From a virus (taxonomy: Duplodnaviria; Heunggongvirae; Uroviricota; Caudoviricetes): a DNA stretch of 64,000 nucleotides. Where the stretch lies: IMG/VR virus record IMGVR_UViG_3300050821_002507. One strand, 5' to 3'. Of this stretch, positions 22,688 through 31,537 are shown piece by piece. The stretch's first letter is position 1. Each line of letters starts with the position of its first letter. The position numbers and the translations under genes were made by a program. The notes below the pieces were generated by a model, which worked only from the letters and a program-made list of their open reading frames with translations, was not told where the DNA came from and searched no databases.

Positions 22688-24195
22688 TATTTTGATGCCT
22701 GCTGCTCGGCGTACTTCTTGCTCTTGACGAAGGCGATCTGACGGGAACGCAGCCATGACCGAGTCACGATTGATGGAGCGCGTGACGCAACATACTTAAC
22801 GGAAGGATGGTTTGGCCACACACCGAATCGCTCCTTATATTTCATGGCCGCGAAGCCCTCTTTATAATTTTTCTCCGCTGCGTATCCCTTCAGTTCAGCA
22901 TAAAACTGCGCCTTCTCCTCCATTGTGTATTCTCGTTTCTCGCCGCGCTTCTTCTTCGGCAGGAGGCCGGGCTTGATCTCTTGGAGTTCACCGTCGTCTT
23001 CAATGATACCAGAGATTGCTGGCTTTCTCTCATAGCCACACGATGGACAAATTTTCACACCGGGCGCAAGTAAAGCCGAACACTGTTTGCATTCTTCCGG
23101 CAATGGTGCCTTACGTTCAGCCTTCGGCTTTGGTTTGCCATCGTCAAGAGAATCATACGAAATATCCGTTATAAAGCCCATTCTTGTATGATTGTCGCTG
23201 AAATCAAGTATCAACGCCGATTCTTTTCCGGGCGCAGTTCTAAGCGATCTACCCAGAATCTGGACGAACAACATTTCACTTCGTGTCGGTCTGCAAAGCA
23301 GCAAACAACGGCAATCCCAGTCCACGCCTTTGGTGAGCGTGGCCACGTTAGATACAACCTGATATTCTCCGTTGTGAAACTTGCGCTTGATCTCTCGCCG
23401 CTCGTCTGCCGGTGTATGGGCGTCCTGATATCCGCACGTTACGCCTGCCTCAATAAATCGCTGCATGATCGCCTGACTGTGCGCCCTATCGACTCCGTAC
23501 GCCAAAGTTTTATTGAGACCCCATTTTTCCTTCCATGTTTTGACGATATCGGCCGTCAGCGTTCCAGACTGCATCGCTTTTGATAGGTCGTCTTTCTGAT
23601 AGTCCCCAGCCACTATTTTTACATCTCTCAAATCAGGGTGACCGGATGCAAACACTCGAAACGGAGAGAGGTAGCCGCGATCAATCAACTCCTGTGTTGT
23701 CGAGGAGATCAAAAGCGTGTTGTATAGAAGGCCCATTCCGCGCGTCCAAGGACTCGCCGACAATCCTATGAACGGGATTTTTTGCCAATCAGGATGCCCT
23801 AGCCATTTACGGTGGGCTGCGTGGATGACGTGGCACTCATCGAAGATAACTGTCTTTGCTTCTGGGAATGCCGTTCGGTTCTTAATCGTCTGTATGGAGC
23901 ATAGTTGGACGGGCCTCGACCAGTCCGTGCGCTCATTATTGCCCTGAATAATTCCTACGTCACGCACACCCTCGTCATACAGACTCATCAATGTTTGATC
24001 TATTAAGTCAATCGAATCCACCACAAACGCAACACGGTTTCCCTTGCTGAGAGCGCTGTCAATGATTGCGGCTGCGATCTTTGTCTTCCCAGATCCGCAT
24101 GGGCTCTGAACCACGATTCGGTAGATTCCCTGGCCAATGGTTTGACGGAGAGCCTGGATCGTGTCTTTCTGGTAATCTCTCAATTCGGTAATCAT
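22687..24195 (-). CDS. SF2 DEAD/DEAH-box DNA helicase with a C-terminal zinc ribbon
   Basis: Walker A SPCGSGKT, DECH box FDECH, SASP, QILGRSLR. C-terminal CKQC...CPSCG. Confidence 0.8.
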   Translation of the reverse strand: MITELRDYQKDTIQALRQTIGQGIYRIVVQSPCGSGKTKIAAAIIDSALSKGNRVAFVVDSIDLIDQTLMSLYDEGVRDVGIIQGNNERTDWSRPVQLCSIQTIKNRTAFPEAKTVIFDECHVIHAAHRKWLGHPDWQKIPFIGLSASPWTRGMGLLYNTLLISSTTQELIDRGYLSPFRVFASGHPDLRDVKIVAGDYQKDDLSKAMQSGTLTADIVKTWKEKWGLNKTLAYGVDRAHSQAIMQRFIEAGVTCGYQDAHTPADERREIKRKFHNGEYQVVSNVATLTKGVDWDCRCLLLCRPTRSEMLFVQILGRSLRTAPGKESALILDFSDNHTRMGFITDISYDSLDDGKPKPKAERKAPLPEECKQCSALLAPGVKICPSCGYERKPAISGIIEDDGELQEIKPGLLPKKKRGEKREYTMEEKAQFYAELKGYAAEKNYKEGFAAMKYKERFGVWPNHPSVKYVASRAPSIVTRSWLRSRQIAFVKSKKYAEQQASK

Positions 24196-24866
24196 CGAGG
24201 TTCCCTCTGGCCGGGAGGGCTGTTGATGACGTTGTAATAGGCGGTGAAAGCACCCTCCAGGATTTCAATCAAGTCTTCCTGTGAAAGGGGATTATTTGGC
24301 CATGGCTGGGACTCTTCGGGTTGGCATAACTCCGTCGCTGCATTGATAGATAAGGATATAGAGCGACATACTTGTGCCACATCATCAGGTAACGGCTTAC
24401 CTTTGCGGTACCACGTTCTGCGACTCATCCCCATGATAGCCCATGGCTTGGTCTGGCTTACCGCATTTGCCTCATATTTAGACCGTTTGAGAGCCCCGCT
24501 GGCGCGTCTTTTCTTCCGAGCCCGTGCTTGGTCGGCCCACCTCTTTTCCTCGCGCTGGCGAGCCTTGAGTTCGGTTTGGGATATATCGTAAGGGGCGATG
24601 GTCTTGATATTCGCCATCTGCCGTTCTTCGTAGGTAAGTCTAAGCCTACGGCCGGCTGTGAGAGCCTTCAGCTTTCTTGGATTCTCTATCATATCGAACA
24701 GAGGGCCAAGACCAAGCGGATATTCCATCATACGGCGATATTCGAGGAGCCTATATAACTCAGCCATGCGCAGATCGGCTATGGTCGGCCGGTATCCGGA
24801 TCGAGCGTAGCGGATCGCAACCTCGCGCTTCTTCGCCCGTATCTCTTGCTCTGATGGTCGTTGCAT
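24192..24866 (-). CDS. hypothetical protein (Arg/Lys-rich)
   Basis: 224 aa from the internal ATG (MQRPSEQ...) overlapping the upstream stop. The ORF track gives 24192..24923. Confidence 0.45.
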   Translation of the reverse strand: MQRPSEQEIRAKKREVAIRYARSGYRPTIADLRMAELYRLLEYRRMMEYPLGLGPLFDMIENPRKLKALTAGRRLRLTYEERQMANIKTIAPYDISQTELKARQREEKRWADQARARKKRRASGALKRSKYEANAVSQTKPWAIMGMSRRTWYRKGKPLPDDVAQVCRSISLSINAATELCQPEESQPWPNNPLSQEDLIEILEGAFTAYYNVINSPPGQREPR

Positions 24867-25228
24867 TACACACTCAGGTTCGCAATATTCAACTTCACCT
24901 TGGCCTCGTGTCGGCGCGTCCATTCCTCTTGCGGGATGCTCTGGACGCGGGCGAACTCCTTCTGCGTTTCGGCATCGGCGGAAATACCGATGTTCTCTGC
25001 CAGCATTTCAAGGCACGCCATGGCTTGGCCGATCTCTCGTGGTGTATAGCCACGTTGCCTGGAGTACACACGGGCTGCAATTCGATTGATGGTGAGATAG
25101 TCTAACCCCTCCGCGTGGGCAAGCTCCAGTGCTTCCTCGATGAACCGGGCGGCGCGCTCGTCACGGTTTGCGGCGACGGGGCCGAATGTCCGGATGGCCC
25201 ATGCTAGGAATGCTTTGGGGCGAGTCAT
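24866..25228 (-). CDS. MazG-like (all-alpha NTP pyrophosphohydrolase) protein, tentative
   Basis: ERAARFIEEALELAHAEGLD resembles the MazG EExxE metal-binding helix. 120 aa. Confidence 0.4.
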   Translation of the reverse strand: MTRPKAFLAWAIRTFGPVAANRDERAARFIEEALELAHAEGLDYLTINRIAARVYSRQRGYTPREIGQAMACLEMLAENIGISADAETQKEFARVQSIPQEEWTRRHEAKVKLNIANLSV

Positions 25229-25608
25229 GCTACGTCTCTATCTTCTTCCATTGCCTGACATGATAGCGGCGGATTTGCCAACTCAAGAAGAATATCCGCG
25301 TGGCACGGCTGGTCCGGCTTGCAAAAACAGGCAAGATTTTTACCATGCAGCGGCGCTATATACGCCTCATAGTCCGCCGGTCGATGCTTCATCATATCGT
25401 CCATGTGCCATTTGAAAAACATGACCTGAACACGCGGGTCACCAATATCCCACGATACCGGCTTTCCATCGTCGTTGATTCGCCCGTAGCCTAAACCGCA
25501 TCCGGGATGATACGGATTACCGTACTTCCCTGGCCGCGTTACGCTCACCGTATTTAACGGCATTCGCCAGCCCTTGACACGGCGACGTTGAATGCGGACT
25601 GGCATCAA
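25225..25608 (-). CDS. DUF4326 domain protein
   Basis: VTRPGKYGNPYHPG matches the DUF4326 R.s.wGNP motif. Confidence 0.5.
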   Translation of the reverse strand: MMPVRIQRRRVKGWRMPLNTVSVTRPGKYGNPYHPGCGLGYGRINDDGKPVSWDIGDPRVQVMFFKWHMDDMMKHRPADYEAYIAPLHGKNLACFCKPDQPCHADILLELANPPLSCQAMEEDRDVA

Positions 25609-26048
25609 AAGTCGCCCTCGGCAATTTGTGCCACAGGAATGCCGGCCGCGCGTATGGCTTGAACCACTCTCGCCCTGTCATCGAACCAAAGCACAGGCTC
25701 GTACCCATCCGCACGCAGATCGGCCAGAAGCTCAATCTTCAACTCATGGTCTGGCTTGTGGTCTCCAGCCTTGCGCATGTAGAGCCGACCAAACGGCGCC
25801 CCGTGAGAATTGAGCCACATTTCCGTTTCGCGCCTAACTTCATCGCTGCGGCCAGAGACATAAATGACAGTCTTTCCGGCGCCCATCTTGAGGTTCCACG
25901 CCAGATCAAGCATATAGCCGATTGGCTTGTCATCGACGCAATCCGCGAAGAACGCGCGCCAATCCTTTTTGTCGCCCTGAATATGATGCAGCCGGTGCGT
26001 GATGTCGGCTAGAGTCCCGTCCAGATCAAATACATATACGAGTTGCAT
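25605..26048 (-). CDS. HAD-superfamily phosphatase
   Basis: Motif I VFDLDGTLAD, later SGRSD and LWFDDR. Start taken at the internal ATG 26048 (MQLVYVFDLDGTL), just after the upstream gene stop. Confidence 0.6.
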   Translation of the reverse strand: MQLVYVFDLDGTLADITHRLHHIQGDKKDWRAFFADCVDDKPIGYMLDLAWNLKMGAGKTVIYVSGRSDEVRRETEMWLNSHGAPFGRLYMRKAGDHKPDHELKIELLADLRADGYEPVLWFDDRARVVQAIRAAGIPVAQIAEGDF

Positions 26049-26050
26049 GG

Positions 26051-26905
26051 TCACACCAACGTTAGTTGCGGGTCGTTCGATATCCTCGACATTACTTGCG
26101 GACTGAACATCCATGATGGCACCTTTGGGAACTCGCGAATCATCAAATCTTTTGGAATGGCCTTCTTTCCAGTCATCTGCTTCGTGAAGTAGCTTACGTC
26201 CGCAATCAAACATTGGTCACGGATTGCGCGGAACCAATCGGCGTTTGTCTCTCTCCGGTCTGGCCCACTCTCTCCACCGCAGATGACCCAAGCCCTACGG
26301 CCGCATTCGAGGAAATCGACCGGCAGAGTGATAGGCCCTAGCATGGGTTCTATGGATACAAAGACAATCCATCCGAGCGTCGTAAGCGGTCGCATGTGCT
26401 CCCATCGCTCGTCAAATTCCCGCTGGCGCTCGGCGGAGAATCCAAGCCATATCTTCTCTCTCTCGACTCTGTAGCATGTGCCGACGTTCTTGACCATCAC
26501 CTCTGGGCGTTTGGTCAGTAGCTGCGTGACGTGCTTGGTCTCCTCGCATAGATCGAGCACCTTACGGATATCCCGGCGCGGGCGGTCCTCGTGGAATAAG
26601 TCAGACATATCTGCAACAAAGATAGCGGATGGCATATCCTTGCCCATGACAGGGTTCTTTGCGCCTCTCCATCGAAGCGGCCATTTCCATACATCATGGT
26701 CATCGGCGGCGACCGTGAGGTAACCGTTAAAGACTGACTTTCCTTTTACGATGTCAGTGGTACCGGCGTAGAGTGGATGAGTGGCTAGGCGCGTTCCAAT
26801 GATTCGCTGACTGTAGCAGTTTTGGCATCCCGCCGACTTTATGGAGCATCCTCCAACGGGGTTAACCGTGGCATCCGTCCAGGAAATCTCCGTTGGATAT
26901 CCCAT
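26051..26905 (-). CDS. phage Gp37/Gp68 family (DUF5131) protein
   Basis: TEISWTDATVNPVGGCSIKSAGCQNCYS is the family N-terminal signature. Confidence 0.65.
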   Translation of the reverse strand: MGYPTEISWTDATVNPVGGCSIKSAGCQNCYSQRIIGTRLATHPLYAGTTDIVKGKSVFNGYLTVAADDHDVWKWPLRWRGAKNPVMGKDMPSAIFVADMSDLFHEDRPRRDIRKVLDLCEETKHVTQLLTKRPEVMVKNVGTCYRVEREKIWLGFSAERQREFDERWEHMRPLTTLGWIVFVSIEPMLGPITLPVDFLECGRRAWVICGGESGPDRRETNADWFRAIRDQCLIADVSYFTKQMTGKKAIPKDLMIREFPKVPSWMFSPQVMSRISNDPQLTLV

Positions 26906-26909
26906 ATCG

Positions 26910-27383
26910 TCACCATGGCCACTCGAACCCGAGTAGCGCCTTTATCGCACTGAGTTTCCGCTGCGACCACGCCGCTTGGTGGATTCTCTCGACAGATCGA
27001 GTATAGTTCCTCTGCCGCTGTTCGGCAATCTTTACGTTCATGCTCCACGACCGTTTACTGGCTATGTCCGGGTCAAGTTGGAACACCTGTCTTGAGTTGT
27101 CTCGAATTTGATTCTCGACAACCTCTGGCAGTCCAGTTAATCTGATAAAATCGGATGCCCTAATTAGGCGTTTCTCGTATGGGACAAATGGACCTTCTGA
27201 TGCTATAGGAGCGCCAGAACCACCCGGCAGGCTTAGCGACCCACCGTTGCCAAAACCAAGCGCCCCACCTGGGATCATGCCAGTCAGAGACCCAAGCGAG
27301 GCATCGGCCGCTGCCTTCGCCGCAAGAGGTGCGGAGACAGACCCGACTCCAATGAGGGCGAGGACTTTGCGGCGGGTGGTCAT
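26910..27383 (-). CDS. Tat-signal secreted protein of unknown function
   Basis: MTTRRKVLALIGVGSVSAPLAAKA twin-arginine leader. Confidence 0.5.
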   Translation of the reverse strand: MTTRRKVLALIGVGSVSAPLAAKAAADASLGSLTGMIPGGALGFGNGGSLSLPGGSGAPIASEGPFVPYEKRLIRASDFIRLTGLPEVVENQIRDNSRQVFQLDPDIASKRSWSMNVKIAEQRQRNYTRSVERIHQAAWSQRKLSAIKALLGFEWPW

Positions 27384-27820
27384 GGGATTAGAGCCCCGTT
27401 GGCTCGCTTGGCAATTCCCTTAATAATCGGGCTGTTTTCTCCTGTGCGGCCACGACAATACTCTAGGAATCCTGGTGCATTGAGATTTTCTTTTTGTGTC
27501 CCCCACGAAAGATTATATTCTACGTTGTTGCGTGAGTTCTCATCGCCGTGCATACAGACAGCATCATCAAACGGCGGCGCACCATGAAAGGCTTCGCAAA
27601 CTAAGCGCGCAACTTTGTACGTAGTGTCTCTCCAGAAAAAAACGTAGCGTTGGTCAATTTTTGACCATGAGCCAATTCGAGGCTTGCCGCCGTATTGGCG
27701 GCGTCCACGACCTCTTGGCATTTCACCCCAAAATGGAACAACCATTATGCGCCCTAAAGATGACGCAAGAATCCCAGGTAAACTAGGGATAGGTTTCCAT
27801 ATTTCGTTGTATTTGTCCAC
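27380..27820 (-). CDS. HNH homing endonuclease (NUMOD4 + HNH_3)
   Basis: IWKPIP...GRIM N-terminal motif and HGDENSRNNVEYNLSWGTQKEN. Confidence 0.65.
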   Translation of the reverse strand: MDKYNEIWKPIPSLPGILASSLGRIMVVPFWGEMPRGRGRRQYGGKPRIGSWSKIDQRYVFFWRDTTYKVARLVCEAFHGAPPFDDAVCMHGDENSRNNVEYNLSWGTQKENLNAPGFLEYCRGRTGENSPIIKGIAKRANGALIP

Positions 27821-27828
27821 ATTACAAC

Positions 27829-28287
27829 CTAAAAGGGAATTTCGTCTTCCATATCCATTGCATTCGTCGTCGCCGGCCGCCTCGGCTCAGTCTTCCCCGC
27901 CGGCTCCGCGAAGTCGTTCGGTCCCTCGCTCCGCTGTGCAGGCTTGTCCAGCATAAGGAGTTTCGCGTCGTACCCCTGTAGCACAATCTCGGTCGAGTAG
28001 CGATCTGCGCCGGTCTGATCCTGCCACTTGCGGGTGGTCAGCGAGCCCTCGATGTAGACCTTGGCACCTTTTTTGAGGTACTGTTCGCAGACGCGCGTGA
28101 GGCCTTCATTAAAGCATACAACGCGGTGGAATTCCGATTTCTCCTTGCGCTCGCCCTCCTTGGTCTTCCACGTCTCGGAGGTAGCGACGGTCATGTTTGC
28201 GATCTGCTTTCCGGCCTGCGTTGACCGGATTTCAGGATCCTTGACCAAATTCCCGATAATCGTGACCTTATTAAGTGAACCTGCCAT
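27829..28287 (-). CDS. ssb: single-stranded DNA-binding protein
   Basis: LNKVTIIGNLVKDPEIRSTQAGKQIANMTVATSETWK...GSLTTRKWQDQTG OB-fold pattern and acidic tail DEIPF. Confidence 0.85.
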   Translation of the reverse strand: MAGSLNKVTIIGNLVKDPEIRSTQAGKQIANMTVATSETWKTKEGERKEKSEFHRVVCFNEGLTRVCEQYLKKGAKVYIEGSLTTRKWQDQTGADRYSTEIVLQGYDAKLLMLDKPAQRSEGPNDFAEPAGKTEPRRPATTNAMDMEDEIPF

Positions 28288-28300
28288 TATATGCTACTCC

Positions 28301-28873
28301 TTATTTGAATCGGTCTGTCTGATTTCCCCAGCATGACCAGCCAGGACGCTCTGTTCTCGCAAACAATTCGACAAATGGACCGGCCACTAGACGCTCGATC
28401 CTGTCGTACATACAAGATGGTTTCCTGCTATGCTCGCGTCTTGGCTCGACTATTGCCTGTAGGACATCGGCGTTTAGCCTTTTTGGCGCTCCTCGCGTTG
28501 CCAATAAACAACATTCGCTATTAGCTCGTGACCAATAGCCCATGCCCATGTATGGGTCAATGTCATCTCGAAACATCTCCACCTGAGAGGCATCAGCCTT
28601 AACCCACGCAAAAGCACACGTCTTATAGGCGAATGACCATGAGGAGATAAGGTCGAGAGCTTCTTGAAGCATCGGCCATACAACCCACATGAAAAGCACG
28701 CAATCTGGTGCCGCAAGGTCAACCACCGGCATGGCCTTCATTTCGTCAAGCGTCATGGTATCGTAGTGATTGTCGGCTGACCTTGCCTTACCCTTTCCTG
28801 ACCATACCTCGAATCTCCAGGGCGGGTCACAGTACACAACGCCGAAATGATTCCTCGGCAACCCTTCAAACAT
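28301..28873 (-). CDS. MT-A70 family DNA N6-adenine methyltransferase
   Basis: VYCDPPW catalytic motif and EHSRKP. Confidence 0.75.
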   Translation of the reverse strand: MFEGLPRNHFGVVYCDPPWRFEVWSGKGKARSADNHYDTMTLDEMKAMPVVDLAAPDCVLFMWVVWPMLQEALDLISSWSFAYKTCAFAWVKADASQVEMFRDDIDPYMGMGYWSRANSECCLLATRGAPKRLNADVLQAIVEPRREHSRKPSCMYDRIERLVAGPFVELFARTERPGWSCWGNQTDRFK

Positions 28874-29975
28874 CGTCTATGCGCTTCCGCAGGCGATGAT
28901 TCCTCTTCCCCTTGTTCATGTGCTCCACGAGGTAGTTTTCGAGGATCGGTATCGCCATGGATCCAGCCGAGCACAGCCGCGAGATTTCCGGATCCAGCAC
29001 CGGGAACGCCTTGAGCTTGCGCTTCAGGTCGGCATCCACGAACAGATTGTCGCCCTTCCAGAAGTTCTCATGTGAGCAGAACATCTTCGCCAGCGTGACG
29101 AGGAAATTACCACGGAGATGCGCGGCCGACTGGTTGTACTCGATTGTCCGGACACCGAAGCAGGTGTCCATGACCTCGAAAAACTCTGCGACATTCGTGC
29201 GGAACGTGTTGAGACCGACTTTCTTGGCCAAGATATCGAGTCCGGGAGCGAGGACGGAGGCGCGGTCGCCAGTTCGCTTCCTGACCTCATGGAGGCTCCC
29301 CGCCGTGCGCCCGAGCATCGTCGCCGTGATGAGTTCCAGCCGCGTCATGCGCTGGTTCCAACAGACGCGCTCGTACAGGGCGAAATCCTTGTCAGTGTGA
29401 CTGAGCCCGTACAGCGTGAGAATGCTGGGGTGCTTGTCCCGCATATTCCGGAGAATCACGTTCGGAGATACCGGAGTCCGGTGGGTATTGAGCTTGTTGA
29501 ACAGATCCTTCTCGATTTCCTTGTCGGTGGCGAATCGCACCTCGGCACCGATCCGAAGGTTCTTGGCTTCCTCCGGGTGCCGTTCTGCATAGGTCTTGAG
29601 CGCGAACACTCGCTGGAGACCGTCCACGATATAGACCTTGTCCAAGAGACGACAGATTGAGGTTCCATTCGGAAAGTCAATCCTCTGCCCTCGCATCCCC
29701 AGCATGATATCCGGGAGGCGAACGCCATCCTCCACGGCTTCCCGCAGGGAGCCCTTCTTGCCTCCAGTGATGGACAGAACCTCCCGCTGGTAGTCATCCA
29801 CCCGCAGGAGGTTCATGGACTCCAGATCCAACCATCCGTGGGCGATGATCTCGCCGTCGCGCTCGTCCAGGCCGGCGTTGAGAAGCCTAACCGTGCCGTG
29901 CTGGCTCGTGTCAACGGCGACACCGCTCCAACGGCGAGTTTCCAACTGCGTCTCTTCGTGCGTGATTGCCAACAT
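28866..29975 (-). CDS. ParB-like nuclease domain protein (DGQHR/DUF262-like)
   Basis: YIVDGLQRVFALK resembles the (I/V)DGQ(H/Q)R motif of ParB/DUF262/DndB-like domains. Directly upstream of the MT-A70 gene. Confidence 0.4.
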   Translation of the reverse strand: MLAITHEETQLETRRWSGVAVDTSQHGTVRLLNAGLDERDGEIIAHGWLDLESMNLLRVDDYQREVLSITGGKKGSLREAVEDGVRLPDIMLGMRGQRIDFPNGTSICRLLDKVYIVDGLQRVFALKTYAERHPEEAKNLRIGAEVRFATDKEIEKDLFNKLNTHRTPVSPNVILRNMRDKHPSILTLYGLSHTDKDFALYERVCWNQRMTRLELITATMLGRTAGSLHEVRKRTGDRASVLAPGLDILAKKVGLNTFRTNVAEFFEVMDTCFGVRTIEYNQSAAHLRGNFLVTLAKMFCSHENFWKGDNLFVDADLKRKLKAFPVLDPEISRLCSAGSMAIPILENYLVEHMNKGKRNHRLRKRIDDV

Positions 29976-29976
29976 G

Positions 29977-30282
29977 CTATCCTCCGTTCAATCCATTCCT
30001 TGTTGCGTGGGTACGCGCTCCTGCCAACACCGTTGAGTGATGGTGGTTAGTCAACCTTCCGATGGTGCGCAGACTTTTGTTGGTCTCAGTCACGCACCGA
30101 TAGAACAACTCGTGACGCGCTCGCACTATCTGCGGATTTCTGTTGCCAGTCAATAGCTCTTTGGCAAAATGTGCGATGACAACCTCAGTCATGATCTGGT
30201 GTATGGAACCCCGCAGCCGGCGTCCCTGAGGTGACACTTGCCATCGGCTTGCTGAAACCATCGCCGGCTGCGGGGTATTCAT
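29977..30282 (-). CDS. DnaA domain IV-like DNA-binding protein
   Basis: IVRARHELFYRCVTETNKSLRTIGRLTNHHHSTVLAG parallels the DnaA C-terminus R.IAMYL.R..T..S...IG..FG.RDHTTV.HA. Confidence 0.5.
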   Translation of the reverse strand: MNTPQPAMVSASRWQVSPQGRRLRGSIHQIMTEVVIAHFAKELLTGNRNPQIVRARHELFYRCVTETNKSLRTIGRLTNHHHSTVLAGARTHATRNGLNGG

Positions 30283-30285
30283 ATT

Positions 30286-30648
30286 CTATGTTTCCTTTAT
30301 CTTGATGCCGTAGACATGTTCAATGATTTTTTTCTTTATCTTGTACACGTCCGTTTTGTAGCCTTTTGTGTCCTCGACAACCTTCGTCCCATCTTTCTCA
30401 GTATACCCGAAGTCAGAAAAATAGGTAAACATTTTTTTGCCATCTAGCACAAATGCAAACTCTGGCTGGAGGACAAGGTCAGAGATTTCGCCGGCTCGTG
30501 AGAGAAGGAGAAGCTCCCTATATCGAGCCCCCTCCTTGAGGCTGGGAAATCGGTGCCCATCTATAGTGATCGGACGCGCCCTGTATTTAGTCACGCTATT
30601 ATGCCAGCCTCGCAGATCGCCTGGGTCGGAACAAACGCCCTTTCGCAA
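30286..30648 (-). CDS. DUF1064 family protein
   Basis: ITIDGHRFPSLKEGARYRELLLLSRAGEISDLVLQPEF...KGYKTDVYKIKKK matches the DUF1064 pattern. Confidence 0.55.
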   Translation of the reverse strand: MRKGVCSDPGDLRGWHNSVTKYRARPITIDGHRFPSLKEGARYRELLLLSRAGEISDLVLQPEFAFVLDGKKMFTYFSDFGYTEKDGTKVVEDTKGYKTDVYKIKKKIIEHVYGIKIKET

Positions 30649-31061
30649 TGATTCCTACAGTAGACATAGCCATCCAATGTCTTGCCCCCGCAGTGCCCGA
30701 AATCCCTATGACCGGGAATCCCAATAGGCCATCTGCAGGTCTTGGACGTAAGTTCCCATGTCTGCCGGCGCTGTTTCTTCGGTATCGCTGCGTCGAACGG
30801 ATGTAGCCGATCTGGGTTCGCAGCGAGCGATTCGTCCTCGGGCGCCGTGGTGAACTTGGCCTTGAAAGTCTTTGGCTTCGGTCTGAACACTGGTTTCTTT
30901 CGTACTCTGGATTTACTCAATCCCATGCGGTGCAATTTGCCAATCACAGCGTTGCGGGTGACCTTCAATTCGTCCGCGATGAAACTTGCGGATAGGCCAG
31001 ATTTCCACAGTGCGGCGGCTTTTTCTGCGGCTTCCGGCGCCCAATTTTGCTGCGTGCCCAT
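30591..31061 (-). CDS. gcrA: GcrA-like cell-cycle regulator
   Basis: N-terminus WAPEAAEKAAALWKSGLSASFIADELKVTRNAVIGKLHRMGLS and C-terminus CRWPIGIPGHRDFGHCGG...YVYCRNHC are diagnostic of GcrA. Confidence 0.8.
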   Translation of the reverse strand: MGTQQNWAPEAAEKAAALWKSGLSASFIADELKVTRNAVIGKLHRMGLSKSRVRKKPVFRPKPKTFKAKFTTAPEDESLAANPDRLHPFDAAIPKKQRRQTWELTSKTCRWPIGIPGHRDFGHCGGKTLDGYVYCRNHCERAFVPTQAICEAGIIA

Positions 31062-31071
31062 CTGCCGTCCC

Positions 31072-31206
31072 CTATATTGTATTCAAGAGATGCCCAAACA
31101 TGGCGCCCCCGAACGGTATTGCGAGTTCCAAAGGATAAAAACCCACCACGCCAGCGACTAGGAACGTCACGATTCCGGCCGAAAGGCAGCCGATGAACGG
31201 CAACAT
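31072..31206 (-). CDS. small membrane protein
   Basis: 45 aa from the internal Met (MLPFIGCLSAGIVTFLVAGVVGFYPL...). The longer ORF would overlap the HTH gene. Confidence 0.3.
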   Translation of the reverse strand: MLPFIGCLSAGIVTFLVAGVVGFYPLELAIPFGGAMFGHLLNTI

Positions 31207-31228
31207 GATATGGTCAAGCGGACCCGGC

Positions 31229-31432
31229 TTAGACATAGCGTTTCCTCTCGGTGAGTAGGTCCCTTGGGTGAACGACGCCATTTGTCCACTCCTCGATCCC
31301 TACGGCAGTCTCTAGCCCTACCAGTCTCTCCCCGTTCAGTAGTCTTGTTATACAGGAGACGGCGACACCGACGCCATTTGCGCAATCGGTGGCCGTGTAA
31401 CCGTGAGATTCGAGGAACTTGCTCAGCTTCAT
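31229..31432 (-). CDS. Cro/YdaS-like HTH regulator
   Basis: MKLSKFLESHGYTATDCANGVGVAVSCITRLLNGER is HTH-like. Confidence 0.5.
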   Translation of the reverse strand: MKLSKFLESHGYTATDCANGVGVAVSCITRLLNGERLVGLETAVGIEEWTNGVVHPRDLLTERKRYV

Positions 31433-31537
31433 GGCTTTAAGTTCTGGTTAAACCACGAAGCAAAGTATATTACGAATGCACTGATTCCAGCAAACGAAAC
31501 CAGCCCTATGAAAACCGCTACGGAGGGGCTTACCATG

